Made by a program: the position numbers and the translations under genes. A stretch of DNA of 32,000 nt from Candidatus Helarchaeota ASGARD archaeon Hel_GB_B (GTDB lineage Archaea > Asgardarchaeota > Lokiarchaeia > Helarchaeales > HEL-GB-B): contig SUPR01000022.1 of the NCBI GenBank assembly GCA_005191425.1, positions 1 to 32,000 on the forward strand, written 5' to 3'. The first letter of the stretch is position 1, and every line of letters begins with the position of its first letter. The notes beneath the pieces were generated by a model. That model saw only the letters and a list, made by a program, of their open reading frames with translations, searched no databases and had not been told where the DNA came from. Below, piece after piece: positions 1-10,273 of this stretch.

Positions 1-1
1 T

Positions 2-184
2 GAAAATGGTGATGTTATAAAAATAGATATTAGGAGACGTGAATTAAAGTTAGAACTTACTGAGGAAGAAATTATGAGCCGGTTTTCAAAATGGAGACCG
101 CCAGCGCCCAAAATTAAGACCGGTTTTTTAATATATTATGCAAGAAATGTTAAATCTGCAAAATTTGGTGCTGTTCTTAAATAA
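2..184 (+). CDS. ilvD: C-terminal fragment of dihydroxy-acid dehydratase (5' truncated by window edge)
   Basis: Manual translation from base 2: ENGDVIKIDIRRRELKLELTEEEIMSRFSKWRPPAPKIKTGFLIYYARNVKSAKFGAVLK*. This matches the typical IlvD C-terminus (GD.I.IDI..R.L.L...EE...R...W.PP.P....G.L..YA..V.SA..GAV). Not in the ORF track. Confidence 0.8.
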   Translation, partial: ENGDVIKIDIRRRELKLELTEEEIMSRFSKWRPPAPKIKTGFLIYYARNVKSAKFGAVLK

Positions 185-376
185 AAGATAGATTTAAATC
201 TAATTTATTAAAAATAAAATTACATAAAAGGAATTTATTGACAAAAATTATTAACCTTTTTAAAATAAATAACAGATAGAAAAATATAATAAATGTGAAA
301 AAAGCCAGTCAATAAATATTTCGACAAAAAAAATAAGAAAAAGATAAAAATAAAGAATAAGAAAAGAGAATAAACA

Positions 377-2110
377 ATGAAAAATAATAATAAATTCTGT
401 TATTTTATGAAAGAGGTACCGTCAATTGCTTATTTTAGCATGGAGATAGGGTTAGCATCAGACATACCAACATATTCAGGGGGTTTGGGAGTATTAGCGG
501 GTGATATATTATATAAGGCGGTAGACCTTGAGATACCGATGGTAGCGGTGACACTATGTTATGCTGCAGGTTATTTTTATCAGATGATCGGTCCGTATGG
601 AGACCAAATTAGTAAGAATATTAGGTGGCAATTTTCTTCAAATTTTGATAAGCTCCCAATAGTTATTCCAATAAAGATACAGGGGAAAGAGTTTAAGATT
701 GGGACGTGGGTTTATAATATTATAGGAAAAAGGAACGGATTTGTAATTCCAGTATTTTTATTAGATTCAGATGTAGAAGGAAATGAGGAATGGTTTAAAA
801 GGATTACCCATACGCTGTATACAGCACATCCATTTATGAGAATTGTGCAGGAGGCGATTTTAGGGATTGGAGGGGTGCGTTTACTTGAAGAGATGTGTTT
901 TAACAAAATTAAAACTTATCATTTAAATGAGGGGCACGCTGCTTTTGTAACTTTTGAATTATTAAAAAAGTTAAAAAATTTAGAAGAAGTTAAAAAGAAG
1001 GTAATTTTTACAACGCATACACCAGTCCCTGCCGGACATGAACGATTTGATTATAATTTAGTATATGATGTTTTAAGAGATATAGTCCCTGAAAATATTA
1101 AGGAATTAGCGGGAAATGACAATTTAAATATGACAAAGTTAGCATTAAATATGACAAGATATGTGAATGCAGTTTCAAAAAGACATTTAGAAGTTACCAA
1201 AAACATGTTTCCGGAATATAAAATTGATGCAATAACAAATGGGATAAATATATTTAGGTGGTTATCACCGTATATTAAAGAATTATTGGACGAAACGATG
1301 CCTGAGTTCAGGTATGACCCGCAAGTATTGATGAATGCCCCGATAGAATTGGACTCACACGACCTATGGACAGCCCATAAAAAGTCTAAGGATGATTTAA
1401 TAGATTATCAAAGTTCTCATAGTTATGTATTGTTTGACTCGAAAATATTGACTGTTGGGTTTGGAAGAAGATTTACAAGTTATAAAAGGCCCACCTTAAT
1501 TTTTAAAGATTTGGACCGCCTTGGGAAAATAAGTAAGGGTAAAGTACAGTTTTTATTTGCGGGTAAGGCGCATCCAATGGACAATGAAGGAAAATATTTA
1601 ATAAAACAAATTTATGAATTTTCCAATTATTTGTGGGATAATTATAGAGTAAGTGTTGCATTTTTAGAAAATTATGATATGGACTTAGCCCGGTTAATGG
1701 TAGCTGGTTGCGATCTTTGGTTAAATACTCCGTTAATAGATAATGAAGCGAGTGGGACTTCGGGGATGAAGGCAGCATTAAACGGGACATTAAATTGTTC
1801 GACCTTAGATGGGTGGTGGATTGAGGGGTATAAAATGAACAAATTAGCAGGATGGACGATATGTCCTGGGGTTGAAGGGAATAAATGTAGAGAAGATAGC
1901 GACCAAGCAATGAGTCAAGCTTTTTATAATATTTTAGAAAACGAAGTTATACCCACTTTTTATGGGGAGCGAGACCTTTGGATTAAACGTATGAAAAATG
2001 CAATATTTCTTGCATCTTATTTTAATTGTGATCGAGCAGTAAAGGAATATGCCAGTCGAGCTTGGAATTTAGAAATGCAGCCAAGGTGGAGACAAAAAAA
2101 GGGAAACTAA
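377..2110 (+). CDS. glgP: Alpha-glucan (glycogen/starch) phosphorylase, short type; start may be ATG 407
   Basis: AYFSMEIG, YSGGLGVLAGD, HLNEGH, FTTHTPVPAGH, RRFTSYKR, GKAHP and the PLP-lysine motif EASGTSGMKAALNG. Confidence 0.95.
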   Translation: MKNNNKFCYFMKEVPSIAYFSMEIGLASDIPTYSGGLGVLAGDILYKAVDLEIPMVAVTLCYAAGYFYQMIGPYGDQISKNIRWQFSSNFDKLPIVIPIKIQGKEFKIGTWVYNIIGKRNGFVIPVFLLDSDVEGNEEWFKRITHTLYTAHPFMRIVQEAILGIGGVRLLEEMCFNKIKTYHLNEGHAAFVTFELLKKLKNLEEVKKKVIFTTHTPVPAGHERFDYNLVYDVLRDIVPENIKELAGNDNLNMTKLALNMTRYVNAVSKRHLEVTKNMFPEYKIDAITNGINIFRWLSPYIKELLDETMPEFRYDPQVLMNAPIELDSHDLWTAHKKSKDDLIDYQSSHSYVLFDSKILTVGFGRRFTSYKRPTLIFKDLDRLGKISKGKVQFLFAGKAHPMDNEGKYLIKQIYEFSNYLWDNYRVSVAFLENYDMDLARLMVAGCDLWLNTPLIDNEASGTSGMKAALNGTLNCSTLDGWWIEGYKMNKLAGWTICPGVEGNKCREDSDQAMSQAFYNILENEVIPTFYGERDLWIKRMKNAIFLASYFNCDRAVKEYASRAWNLEMQPRWRQKKGN

Positions 2111-2214
2111 CTTGGTCGAGTAATTTTAAATAAATTCTTTTATATAATTGGAAACAAAAATAATTTAATAGAGATCTTGAAAAAGAATTAGTTTTAGAAA
2201 AAGGAGTCCATTAT

Positions 2215-3942
2215 ATGAAGATAATAAGAGTAGATTTAAGTACTTTTAAACATAAAATAGAAGAGTTGCCATTAAAATATCAGAGATTTGGTGGTAGAGT
2301 ATTAACTTCGAATATAATTTATAATGAAGTGGACCCAAGTTGCGACCCATTGAGTGGTGGAAATAAATTAATATTTGCAAATGGGTTATTAATAGGAACT
2401 GGGTTTCCAAATTCATCAAGGTTGTCAATAGGTGGAAAATCGCCTTTAACAGGTGGAATTAAGGAGTCGAATACTGGAGGGTTGGCAGCATATAGGATGT
2501 TTGAAAATGGGTTAAGGGCGTTAATTTTAGAAAATAAGCCAAGTGATGACCATTTATATATAATTTTAATAGACAATGGGAATATAGAAATAATAGAAAT
2601 GGACGAGCTTAGAGGTAAAGGAAATTACGAAACAGTTGAAATATTAAAGAAAAAGTTTGGTAAAAAGAATGGGATATTAAGTATAGGTCCAGCTGGCGAA
2701 ATGATGTTAAAGGCGGCTTCAATAAATTCAACTAATTTATATTATTATCCGGACAGAATTGCAGGTAGGGGGGGACTTGGGGCGGTAATGGGAAGTAAAC
2801 GAATAAAAGCGATAATAATTAAGCCAGTTAAAAAGAAACCTGAAATAACATATAAAGATGAAAAAAAATTTAATGAAATCAAGAAGAAATTTATAAAAGA
2901 ATTGATTGAAACTAAAAAAGGACTCGCTAAATATGGTACCGCAGGTTTAACTGAATTCTCAAGTACAATAGGTGGGCTTCCTACAAGGAATTTCAAGCAA
3001 GGTTCTTTTGAAGGAGTAAATAATATTAGTCATATTAAATTGAACGAGATACTCAAAACTAGAGGTGGTAAACATGGATTACCATGCAGTCCTTATTGTG
3101 TAATTAGGTGTTCAAATATATTCATTGATAAAAATGGAAAGAGACTTACAAAAATTGAGTATGAAACTATTGCTATGAATGGTGCAAATTTAAATATAAA
3201 TGACCTCGATTCAATTGCCAGTATTAATTACTTATATAACGATTTGGGGCTTGATTCTATTGAAATGGGAGACAGTTTTGGAGTCGCAATGGAGGGGGGA
3301 CTTTTAGAATTTGGCGATAGTAATAAGGTAATTGAGTTATTAAAAGAGCTATATAAAATGCCAGCAAAAACGGAAGAGTCGTGGGGTAGGATAATTGCAA
3401 ATGGTTGCGTTGAAGTTGGAAAAAAGCTTGGGGTTAAAAGAGTACCTGCAGTTAAGGGACAAGGTCTACCAGCATATGACCCTAGAGTATATAAGGGTAT
3501 GGGAGTAACATTTTCAACAAGTCCGATGGGTGCTGACCATACAGCTGGGCCTGCTATTGCAGGTAGAAAAGGTATGGATCGAGAAAAGGATTACGGAGCT
3601 TTATCTGAAGCTAATTCCAAATTAGAACTTTCCCATGATTTGCAACTAATGAGTTTATTATGTGATTGTATGGGGTGTTGCTTTTTTATAGGTCCAACAA
3701 TTGATGTTATGGAAATTTTTGTAGATTCATTGAATGCTTTAAATGGCTGGGAATTAAAATTGGAAGACCTATTAGATATAGCCCGAAATACAATAAAAAG
3801 AGAAAGAGAATTCAATAAAAATGCTGGAATTAAAGACCAAGATAAGTTACCTGAATTCTTTTATAAAGAAAAATTAAGCCCGACTGGAAATGTATTTGAT
3901 ATTGATAAAGAGGACACTAAAAAATTATGGAGTTATTTATGA
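2215..3942 (+). CDS. Aldehyde:ferredoxin oxidoreductase family (W/Mo-pterin) protein
   Basis: KSPLTGGIKESN, SIGPAGE, GRGGLGAVMGSKRIKAI, Fe-S Cys motif CSPYCVIRC, DLGLDSIEMG, YDPR, GADH. SD AGGAG upstream. Confidence 0.92.
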   Translation: MKIIRVDLSTFKHKIEELPLKYQRFGGRVLTSNIIYNEVDPSCDPLSGGNKLIFANGLLIGTGFPNSSRLSIGGKSPLTGGIKESNTGGLAAYRMFENGLRALILENKPSDDHLYIILIDNGNIEIIEMDELRGKGNYETVEILKKKFGKKNGILSIGPAGEMMLKAASINSTNLYYYPDRIAGRGGLGAVMGSKRIKAIIIKPVKKKPEITYKDEKKFNEIKKKFIKELIETKKGLAKYGTAGLTEFSSTIGGLPTRNFKQGSFEGVNNISHIKLNEILKTRGGKHGLPCSPYCVIRCSNIFIDKNGKRLTKIEYETIAMNGANLNINDLDSIASINYLYNDLGLDSIEMGDSFGVAMEGGLLEFGDSNKVIELLKELYKMPAKTEESWGRIIANGCVEVGKKLGVKRVPAVKGQGLPAYDPRVYKGMGVTFSTSPMGADHTAGPAIAGRKGMDREKDYGALSEANSKLELSHDLQLMSLLCDCMGCCFFIGPTIDVMEIFVDSLNALNGWELKLEDLLDIARNTIKREREFNKNAGIKDQDKLPEFFYKEKLSPTGNVFDIDKEDTKKLWSYL

Positions 3943-3965
3943 ATATAATTTAAAGAAGAGGAAGA

Positions 3966-5162
3966 ATGTTAAAGATGTCATTTTCAGGAGATTTAGCTTA
4001 TAAATTCACTGAAAAAATTGCAATCCCAAGATTGATTGGTACTGAAGGCTGGAAAAAAGCTCAGAACTTGATTAAAGATGAGTTTAAAAAGAATGGATAT
4101 GAAATACAAGTCCAAAACTTCAAGTCATCGATGTTCATGGTGAATGTTTTATTAAGAGTGGCGATGATACCATTATTGATTATAATAATATTAATTATTT
4201 TCGGATATTATTTTTATCCATGGGTTTCCTTAATTTTGTCTGCCTTAATTCTTGGACTTGTCCCAATTATTGGAAAATATGCTACTTCGGGGACAGAATA
4301 TAAAGAGCCAAAAAAGGGGATAAATTCACAGAATATATTTGTAAAGTTAAAGTCAGAGACTTCTAAGGCAGAAGTTGTATTTATCGGGCATTATGATACT
4401 AAAAGCCAAGTATTAAGCATTGTACAGAGGGTAATATGTTTTGTATTATTATTTATTTTTGGATTAATTGCATGTATTTTGTTTTTTATCAGTTCCATTT
4501 TCAAGTTGTTTTTATTAACAGAAAATTCAGTGATAACAATCTCAGGACTAGTTTGTGCAATTATAGCGGGGTGCGCGGCAATAATATTGATGACAAATGC
4601 AGTCCAAAACAAGTCGCCAGGTGCCTTGGACAATGGGACAGCAGTGGCGACTGTAATTGAATTAAGTAGAGTTTTTAAAGATGCACCTCCAAAAAATATA
4701 GATTTAATGTTCTTATGCACAGATGCAGAAGAGCAAGGCGTTTTAGGAGCTTCAGCATTCATTCAAAAATATGAAGACCAATTTAGTAAAGAGAACACAT
4801 ATTTTATAAATTTTGAAGGCCCGGGTGCAAAAGATGTAGATCTAGGTGTTTTAACTTCTTTTGGGATGCCCAAAAAGCAATATACTTCAAAGAAATTAAA
4901 TACATTAGCTATTCAAGCTGCCGAATCTTTAAATATAAATTTAAAAAAACACTATTGGCCCATTGGGTTATTAGCCGATCATAACCCTATAATGAAACAT
5001 GGATTTAAAGCTACAATGCTGGGACCTATGACAATTTCGGCGGGTATTCATACCCCAAAAGATACTATGGAAAATGTATCGAGAGAAAATTTGGAAAAAG
5101 CGGGAAGAATAGCCCAAAAAATAATAGAACTATTTGACTTAGAACTTAACCAAAAGGACTAA
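3966..5162 (+). CDS. Membrane-embedded M28-family Zn metallopeptidase
   Basis: R.IGT.G, GHYDTK, GALDNGTA, DAEEQG..GA, DH.P and IHT.KDT metal/catalytic motifs, with two hydrophobic TM hairpins inserted. Starts 23 bp after the AOR stop. Confidence 0.85.
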   Translation: MLKMSFSGDLAYKFTEKIAIPRLIGTEGWKKAQNLIKDEFKKNGYEIQVQNFKSSMFMVNVLLRVAMIPLLIIIILIIFGYYFYPWVSLILSALILGLVPIIGKYATSGTEYKEPKKGINSQNIFVKLKSETSKAEVVFIGHYDTKSQVLSIVQRVICFVLLFIFGLIACILFFISSIFKLFLLTENSVITISGLVCAIIAGCAAIILMTNAVQNKSPGALDNGTAVATVIELSRVFKDAPPKNIDLMFLCTDAEEQGVLGASAFIQKYEDQFSKENTYFINFEGPGAKDVDLGVLTSFGMPKKQYTSKKLNTLAIQAAESLNINLKKHYWPIGLLADHNPIMKHGFKATMLGPMTISAGIHTPKDTMENVSRENLEKAGRIAQKIIELFDLELNQKD

Positions 5163-5243
5163 TATAGTAGTGTTATAATGAACTTAATTTCTTGTTATAA
5201 AAGTAGTTGCTTGTTAAATTAAGTTGAAGACCATAAAAAATAA

Positions 5244-6224
5244 CTAAATTATTATAGGAAATTTAGTGTCTATTCTAATATTAAAATGATTTAGGAACTT
5301 TAAGAGGTCCCTATCCTGAGTTAAAACAAATTTATTATTTTCTTTTAATTTAGATGCCAAAACAATAAGTGAAAGATCATTTAATAGTGAGATATATTCA
5401 TGTTTTTGGATGATTGAATTAAATCGCTTGATTTTTAAAAGTTCATTTTTGACATTTTGAATTTCTTTATTTGGGACTTTACAGAGATAAATACTTTTTA
5501 TAAAATAAATAAAGTCCTTGTCTAATAAATCGAAATGAAAGGTCAATTCATCAAAAATTCTAATGGAAGTTAGTACCTTTAATTTTGAATTATTTTCATG
5601 AAGATAACTGAAAAATTTCGACTTATCATCGTTCCATGAATTGAGTATAAAATTAGAGTCTAATATTAAAATGGTAATTGAATTTCCTTCAAAATGGTCA
5701 GAAAGATTAGAAAACTTTATAATTTTTAGTTTATGTTCTTTCTTTATATATTCTTGAATAGCAGCCTTGACTTGATATTCACTTGGAATAATCAAAATAT
5801 CGTTAAAAACGGAATTAAACCTATTTATGACTTCTTTAAGTGGAATTCCATAAAATTCAGAATGTTTTTGTAAAAATAAGTTTTTAAAATACAGGGGAAG
5901 TGACCCATTTAATTGGTTGATGATAGACATTTTAGCTTTAATACCAAAAGATTTTTCTATTTTGGCTAGAAATACATTAAGTATTAAGCGGCTGGTATTA
6001 TAGGAAGGGTCGTACTTAATTGCAAGTCCAAACATATCATAAAACAAATTTCTAATAGTTTTAAATTTTTTAGTAAGAATTAATTGTTGTTTTGTTAATA
6101 TATCTTCTAGGATGAAGTCAAATAACTGCAGATTTTTTTCATCACTAAAAGTAATGTCCATTTCTTCGATAAATTCGCGAAAAAGCTTTTTAAGAGTAGC
6201 TCTACCAATTCTTATATCAGACAT
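5244..6224 (-). CDS. Hypothetical protein with C-terminal PIN-like ribonuclease domain
   Basis: Acidic PIN quartet in order: ILILDSNF, IFDEL, NDLSLI, VLTQDRDL. The ~180-aa helical N-terminal part is unassigned. Confidence 0.65.
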   Translation of the reverse strand: MSDIRIGRATLKKLFREFIEEMDITFSDEKNLQLFDFILEDILTKQQLILTKKFKTIRNLFYDMFGLAIKYDPSYNTSRLILNVFLAKIEKSFGIKAKMSIINQLNGSLPLYFKNLFLQKHSEFYGIPLKEVINRFNSVFNDILIIPSEYQVKAAIQEYIKKEHKLKIIKFSNLSDHFEGNSITILILDSNFILNSWNDDKSKFFSYLHENNSKLKVLTSIRIFDELTFHFDLLDKDFIYFIKSIYLCKVPNKEIQNVKNELLKIKRFNSIIQKHEYISLLNDLSLIVLASKLKENNKFVLTQDRDLLKFLNHFNIRIDTKFPIII

Positions 6225-6384
6225 TTATAAGTCAATCCGATGATTATCTAAACTATAACGTAATTAATAGCAAATATTTAGCATTTGTAATAAATAAATA
6301 CAATGAATGAAATTCTTTACGCTAATGAATTTAATCAATTTGAGGAGTTAATGTGAATTTAATATTTATTTAACATTTGGCAAT

Positions 6385-6762
6385 TTATAAGGAGATAATA
6401 AGTTGTCCTGATTCTTGGTATTCGAGTAATAAATCAGCGACCCTATAAGAGGGTACCATTTCAACACCTTCCATCAATTCAGCTGGATCTAACCCAATTA
6501 TTTTAGCTGCAAGGTCGCAGCAATAAAATTTTATGCCTAAGTTAATACATTCCTTCATTTCATCTTCATATCGCATCCGACCTACTTTATTTTTTTTACC
6601 CAACATTATACCCATAGGTCCCCATAAGACAACGACAACTTCAAGCCCTTTTTTTCGGTAATATCGCGCAAACCTAATTATTTCCATAGGAGATGTACTT
6701 TCATAAATCATCTGTTTAAGTAAAAGCAAGACTTTCTTGATTTTTGTCAAGATATCATTCAC
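6385..6762 (-). CDS. DsrE/DsrF-like family protein; start probably TTG 6750
   Basis: About 120 aa with the alpha/beta pattern KKVLLLL...GLEVVVVLWGPMG...GIKFYCCDLAAKIIG..ELMEGVE...IISL typical of the DsrE-like fold. The ORF-track GTG lies inside the SD-like AGGTGA. Confidence 0.7.
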   Translation of the reverse strand: MNDILTKIKKVLLLLKQMIYESTSPMEIIRFARYYRKKGLEVVVVLWGPMGIMLGKKNKVGRMRYEDEMKECINLGIKFYCCDLAAKIIGLDPAELMEGVEMVPSYRVADLLLEYQESGQLIISL

Positions 6763-7238
6763 CTTATTACACCATTTACAATTTATTTTTAAATTATAAT
6801 ATTTTCGATAATAGTCTAAAATTTAAGTTAATGATAAGAATTATATTAAAAAGATGAATGATTAAATAAAAGGTTATAATTGAGAAATTAATAATAATTT
6901 AGAATGAGAGGAGGTGATTCCATTACGTTAATTTTAGAATTTTCAGAAATAATCACTATCAAATTAGGACAATTCCAATTTAATACATTTATTTTAGATA
7001 TTTTATCTCAAACTTTAAATTTATGATATGAATAAATTATTTACATAAATTCCCAGCAAAGAACTGTTAAATTAAAGTATGGAAAAATACCGAACTTATA
7101 AATCTTCTACTTAAACTAAAAAAATCAATAAGAGAGAATTTAGCCTAATTTTTAAAAAATAAATGAGTAAAAAAAGAGGGAATTAAAGAGGCATATTTTT
7201 TATGTTATAAAGCAAGTTGTAAGTCGTATTAAATTGAA

Positions 7239-7808
7239 TTATTTATTAATTTTTTCCAAAAGCCATGCCATATTTTTACCAAGATTCTTGAATGTTTGAA
7301 TACCCTCATCATCGTTCATAATATCGCCAGGTTTTAAACCGATGCCCAAATTCCAATAACTTGAGCCTGGGACGATCATTTGGTTAATCAAGAAGAAATA
7401 ATTTAAACTGGAAAATACATGACATGCGCCTTGTCTACGTACCGCTATAACAGCTGCCCCAACTTTTCTTTTAAACATATCATTATTGGCCTTAGCGATA
7501 GTGCCTGCTCTATCAATAAACGTCTTCATTCTTGAAGAAACATTTGCAAAATAAGTTGGAGAGCCGAGGATTAGTCCATCAGCCGCTACGACTTTTTCTA
7601 GAATCTCATTTAAATCATCATCTTGAGCCATACACATACTATTTCCTTTGCATTGGAAACAAGCTTTACAGGGAAGTATATTTTTGTCTGCTAATTGGAT
7701 TAATTCAGTTTCAATTCCAGCATTTTGCAGTTCTTCAAAAACTACTTCAATTGCTCGTTTGGTATTTCCATTTTTTCTGGAACTTCCATTAATCCCAATA
7801 ACTTTCAT
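7239..7808 (-). CDS. Iron-sulfur flavoprotein (Isf)/NADPH-dependent FMN reductase family
   Basis: MKVIGINGSSRKNGNT, CKACFQC-x5-C cluster motif, GSPTYF, FIDR, FFLINQMIVPGSSYWN. Confidence 0.9.
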   Translation of the reverse strand: MKVIGINGSSRKNGNTKRAIEVVFEELQNAGIETELIQLADKNILPCKACFQCKGNSMCMAQDDDLNEILEKVVAADGLILGSPTYFANVSSRMKTFIDRAGTIAKANNDMFKRKVGAAVIAVRRQGACHVFSSLNYFFLINQMIVPGSSYWNLGIGLKPGDIMNDDEGIQTFKNLGKNMAWLLEKINK

Positions 7809-8378
7809 TTTTCACAACCACATTATTCTGTTTAATTATTTAAAAATCCGGATAGTTTAAATTTATTTATTAGACATCCTAAAATCGATCTAATTCTAAT
7901 TTGAGAAAAATTGTCCAATTAATAAATTTAGTAAGATAAAATTTTAAGACAAGTTTAAAAAAATATGGTCAAAAAATGACATTTTTATTTTATTATTTAT
8001 ATATAATTTATAAATTTATTAAAAAGCGCAAATAGAGAGAGAATTTTGGTAGATGTTTAAAGTAGCCATACAAAAAGTGTAATATATTCAAATTATTTAG
8101 TTAATCAATATTAATCGCTGTATTTTTAAGATCATTATTGATTTCTTAGAGATAGATTATTTTATCTGTGCCTCTTAAATATTTCAAGGAGTCCATCTTA
8201 CAAAATATTTTGAAAAATATCAAATTCAAAAAAAAGTTTAAAAACTAAATTTAGAATTCTATTTTGAAAATGAGTTAAAATTTATTTGAAAGTTAAAAAA
8301 CTAAGTTTATTAGGTTACAGAAAATAGGTATAGCAATGAGAATTTTAGTCATTTTAAGTAAAAAATATAGGAGCGTGC

Positions 8379-8837
8379 TTGAAAATAGGTACCATTTTTA
8401 GCAAATTGCTAGCTGGATTTTCGATTTTCTCTATAATTGTGAATATTGGGATTATTCCAATAAATATGATAGGGATTTTTGGTTTAGGGGCATTTTATTG
8501 GTTATTAAACAATTATTATATAATTTGGGGGGTCTGTATTATATTGAATATTAGCCTAAATTTTTTATTATGTGATATTACTAACTCTACTGGTAAAAAA
8601 ATTGTGTATTGGTGTATCAGTTTATGTACATATATTGAAATAATCGTTTGGTTAGACATAGGTTATTTTATCTTGTACAATGTTGCGATTACGCAGATAA
8701 TATCTTTAATTTTCATGAAGTTCTTATTGCTTATAAGTAATTTTGGGTTGGTCGCATTTAATGTAATTATAAGTCTAATGGACATTATTAATAGCAATAA
8801 ATCAATATGGAGAAACAGGGGAGGTGTATTAAAATAA
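8379..8837 (+). CDS. Hypothetical membrane protein (~4 TM)
   Basis: TTG start after SD-like GGAGCGTG. Four hydrophobic stretches, no recognised motif. Overlaps the next gene. Confidence 0.55.
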   Translation: MKIGTIFSKLLAGFSIFSIIVNIGIIPINMIGIFGLGAFYWLLNNYYIIWGVCIILNISLNFLLCDITNSTGKKIVYWCISLCTYIEIIVWLDIGYFILYNVAITQIISLIFMKFLLLISNFGLVAFNVIISLMDIINSNKSIWRNRGGVLK

Positions 8838-10087
8838 AATTGAAGAATTTTTTACAAATTGTTGCTCAGGTAATTATAATAGGTGGCTTAATATTTTGGA
8901 TTTTTCCGACAATTTTGATTTTAACGGGTGGAATTTTTGGAGGCCAGTCATTTGAAACGACATTAGATATGTTTCTGCCACAGTTTACTGGATTTTCCGT
9001 AATAGTCCTAATTGTTTCTACAGTTTTGAAGTTATTTTTGGTTAAGAAGCGAAAATGGCTTTTATATTTTACATTGGTCATAGGATTAGTTCTAATATTT
9101 ACAAATCTATTACCACTAACTTCACCATACATTGCGACTAGCGATTTCGATACAAAGTTTAAATCGGCACTTGGAAATGATTATATATCAAAAATCCCAC
9201 CTGAATTGCGTTCCCAATTTAGGACATATAAATTTTCATTATGGAATTATTATTATTATGGATTTCACGATTTTCAATGCAATTTGACGCTGGACATACC
9301 TTATCTAAAAATAGGAAATGACACCTTCAAATTTGACCTGTATAGGCCAATTAATCAAGCAAAGAAATCCCCTGTTGTAATAGCGATACATGGTGGTGGT
9401 TGGAGAACGGGCGATAAAGGAATTGAAAATATGTTTCCTTTAAATAAGTACCTTGCGAGTCAAGGATATGTGGTTTGTGATATTCAATATGGACTGGCAC
9501 CCAATGGATATAACATGTCAGATATAGTCAGTAATATAGGTTTTTTTACAAAATTTTTAGAGAACAAATCTTCTGCATATAAAATAGACCTAAATAAGAC
9601 CTTTTTCTTAGGGAGGTCTGCAGGGGCGCACTTAGCACTTTTATCTGGGTTGGGTATTAAGAGCCCGCAATTTTCCGGAATTTTTGGGAAATCGATTAAT
9701 GTTTCAGGGATTATTGACTTTTATGGGCCGACTAATTTATCAATTACATATGATTTGTTTGTTAGATATGGAGAACCATCAATATTTACCTTTTTAATGA
9801 ATGGGACGCCAAGTTCAAATCCCCAATCATATCATAAATATTCCCCAATAAATATAATAAACACATCGGCACCACCAATATTAATTCTTCATGGTAAAAA
9901 TGATAAAATCGTATCAATTTCAGAGTCGGAGGTTTTTAAGAATAAATGTGATTTACTGTCAGATACCTGTATATTGCTTGAATTTCCATTTGGTGGACAT
10001 GGGTTCGATTATTTTTTTCAATCGCAATATAGTCAAATAATTACTTATTATATAGAGAGGTTTATTGGATATTTCAGTAATGTATAA
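8807..10087 (+). CDS. Membrane-anchored alpha/beta hydrolase (HSL-like esterase/lipase); true start probably 8834-8840
   Basis: FDLYRP, HGGGW oxyanion motif, GRSAG nucleophile, HGKND, GGHGF. Three N-terminal TM segments. Confidence 0.88.
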   Translation: MEKQGRCIKIKLKNFLQIVAQVIIIGGLIFWIFPTILILTGGIFGGQSFETTLDMFLPQFTGFSVIVLIVSTVLKLFLVKKRKWLLYFTLVIGLVLIFTNLLPLTSPYIATSDFDTKFKSALGNDYISKIPPELRSQFRTYKFSLWNYYYYGFHDFQCNLTLDIPYLKIGNDTFKFDLYRPINQAKKSPVVIAIHGGGWRTGDKGIENMFPLNKYLASQGYVVCDIQYGLAPNGYNMSDIVSNIGFFTKFLENKSSAYKIDLNKTFFLGRSAGAHLALLSGLGIKSPQFSGIFGKSINVSGIIDFYGPTNLSITYDLFVRYGEPSIFTFLMNGTPSSNPQSYHKYSPINIINTSAPPILILHGKNDKIVSISESEVFKNKCDLLSDTCILLEFPFGGHGFDYFFQSQYSQIITYYIERFIGYFSNV

Positions 10088-10273
10088 TTATGTTCTATTA
10101 ATTATAACAATTCTTTATTTTTAACCAAGTTGGAATTAATGTAAGTAAATAAATTATAGGTTGAAATAGTAATTACGAATTAATATAATAAAAAGAATTT
10201 GGATAGAAATGATTATATGGAAAAAAATAAAGAATTTATTTTATGATATTTTAGAATTTATTTAAAAATAGTT

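Noticed and set aside
325-376. A/G-rich low-complexity tract before glgP
   Set aside because: No regular repeat unit; consistent with AT-rich intergenic background.
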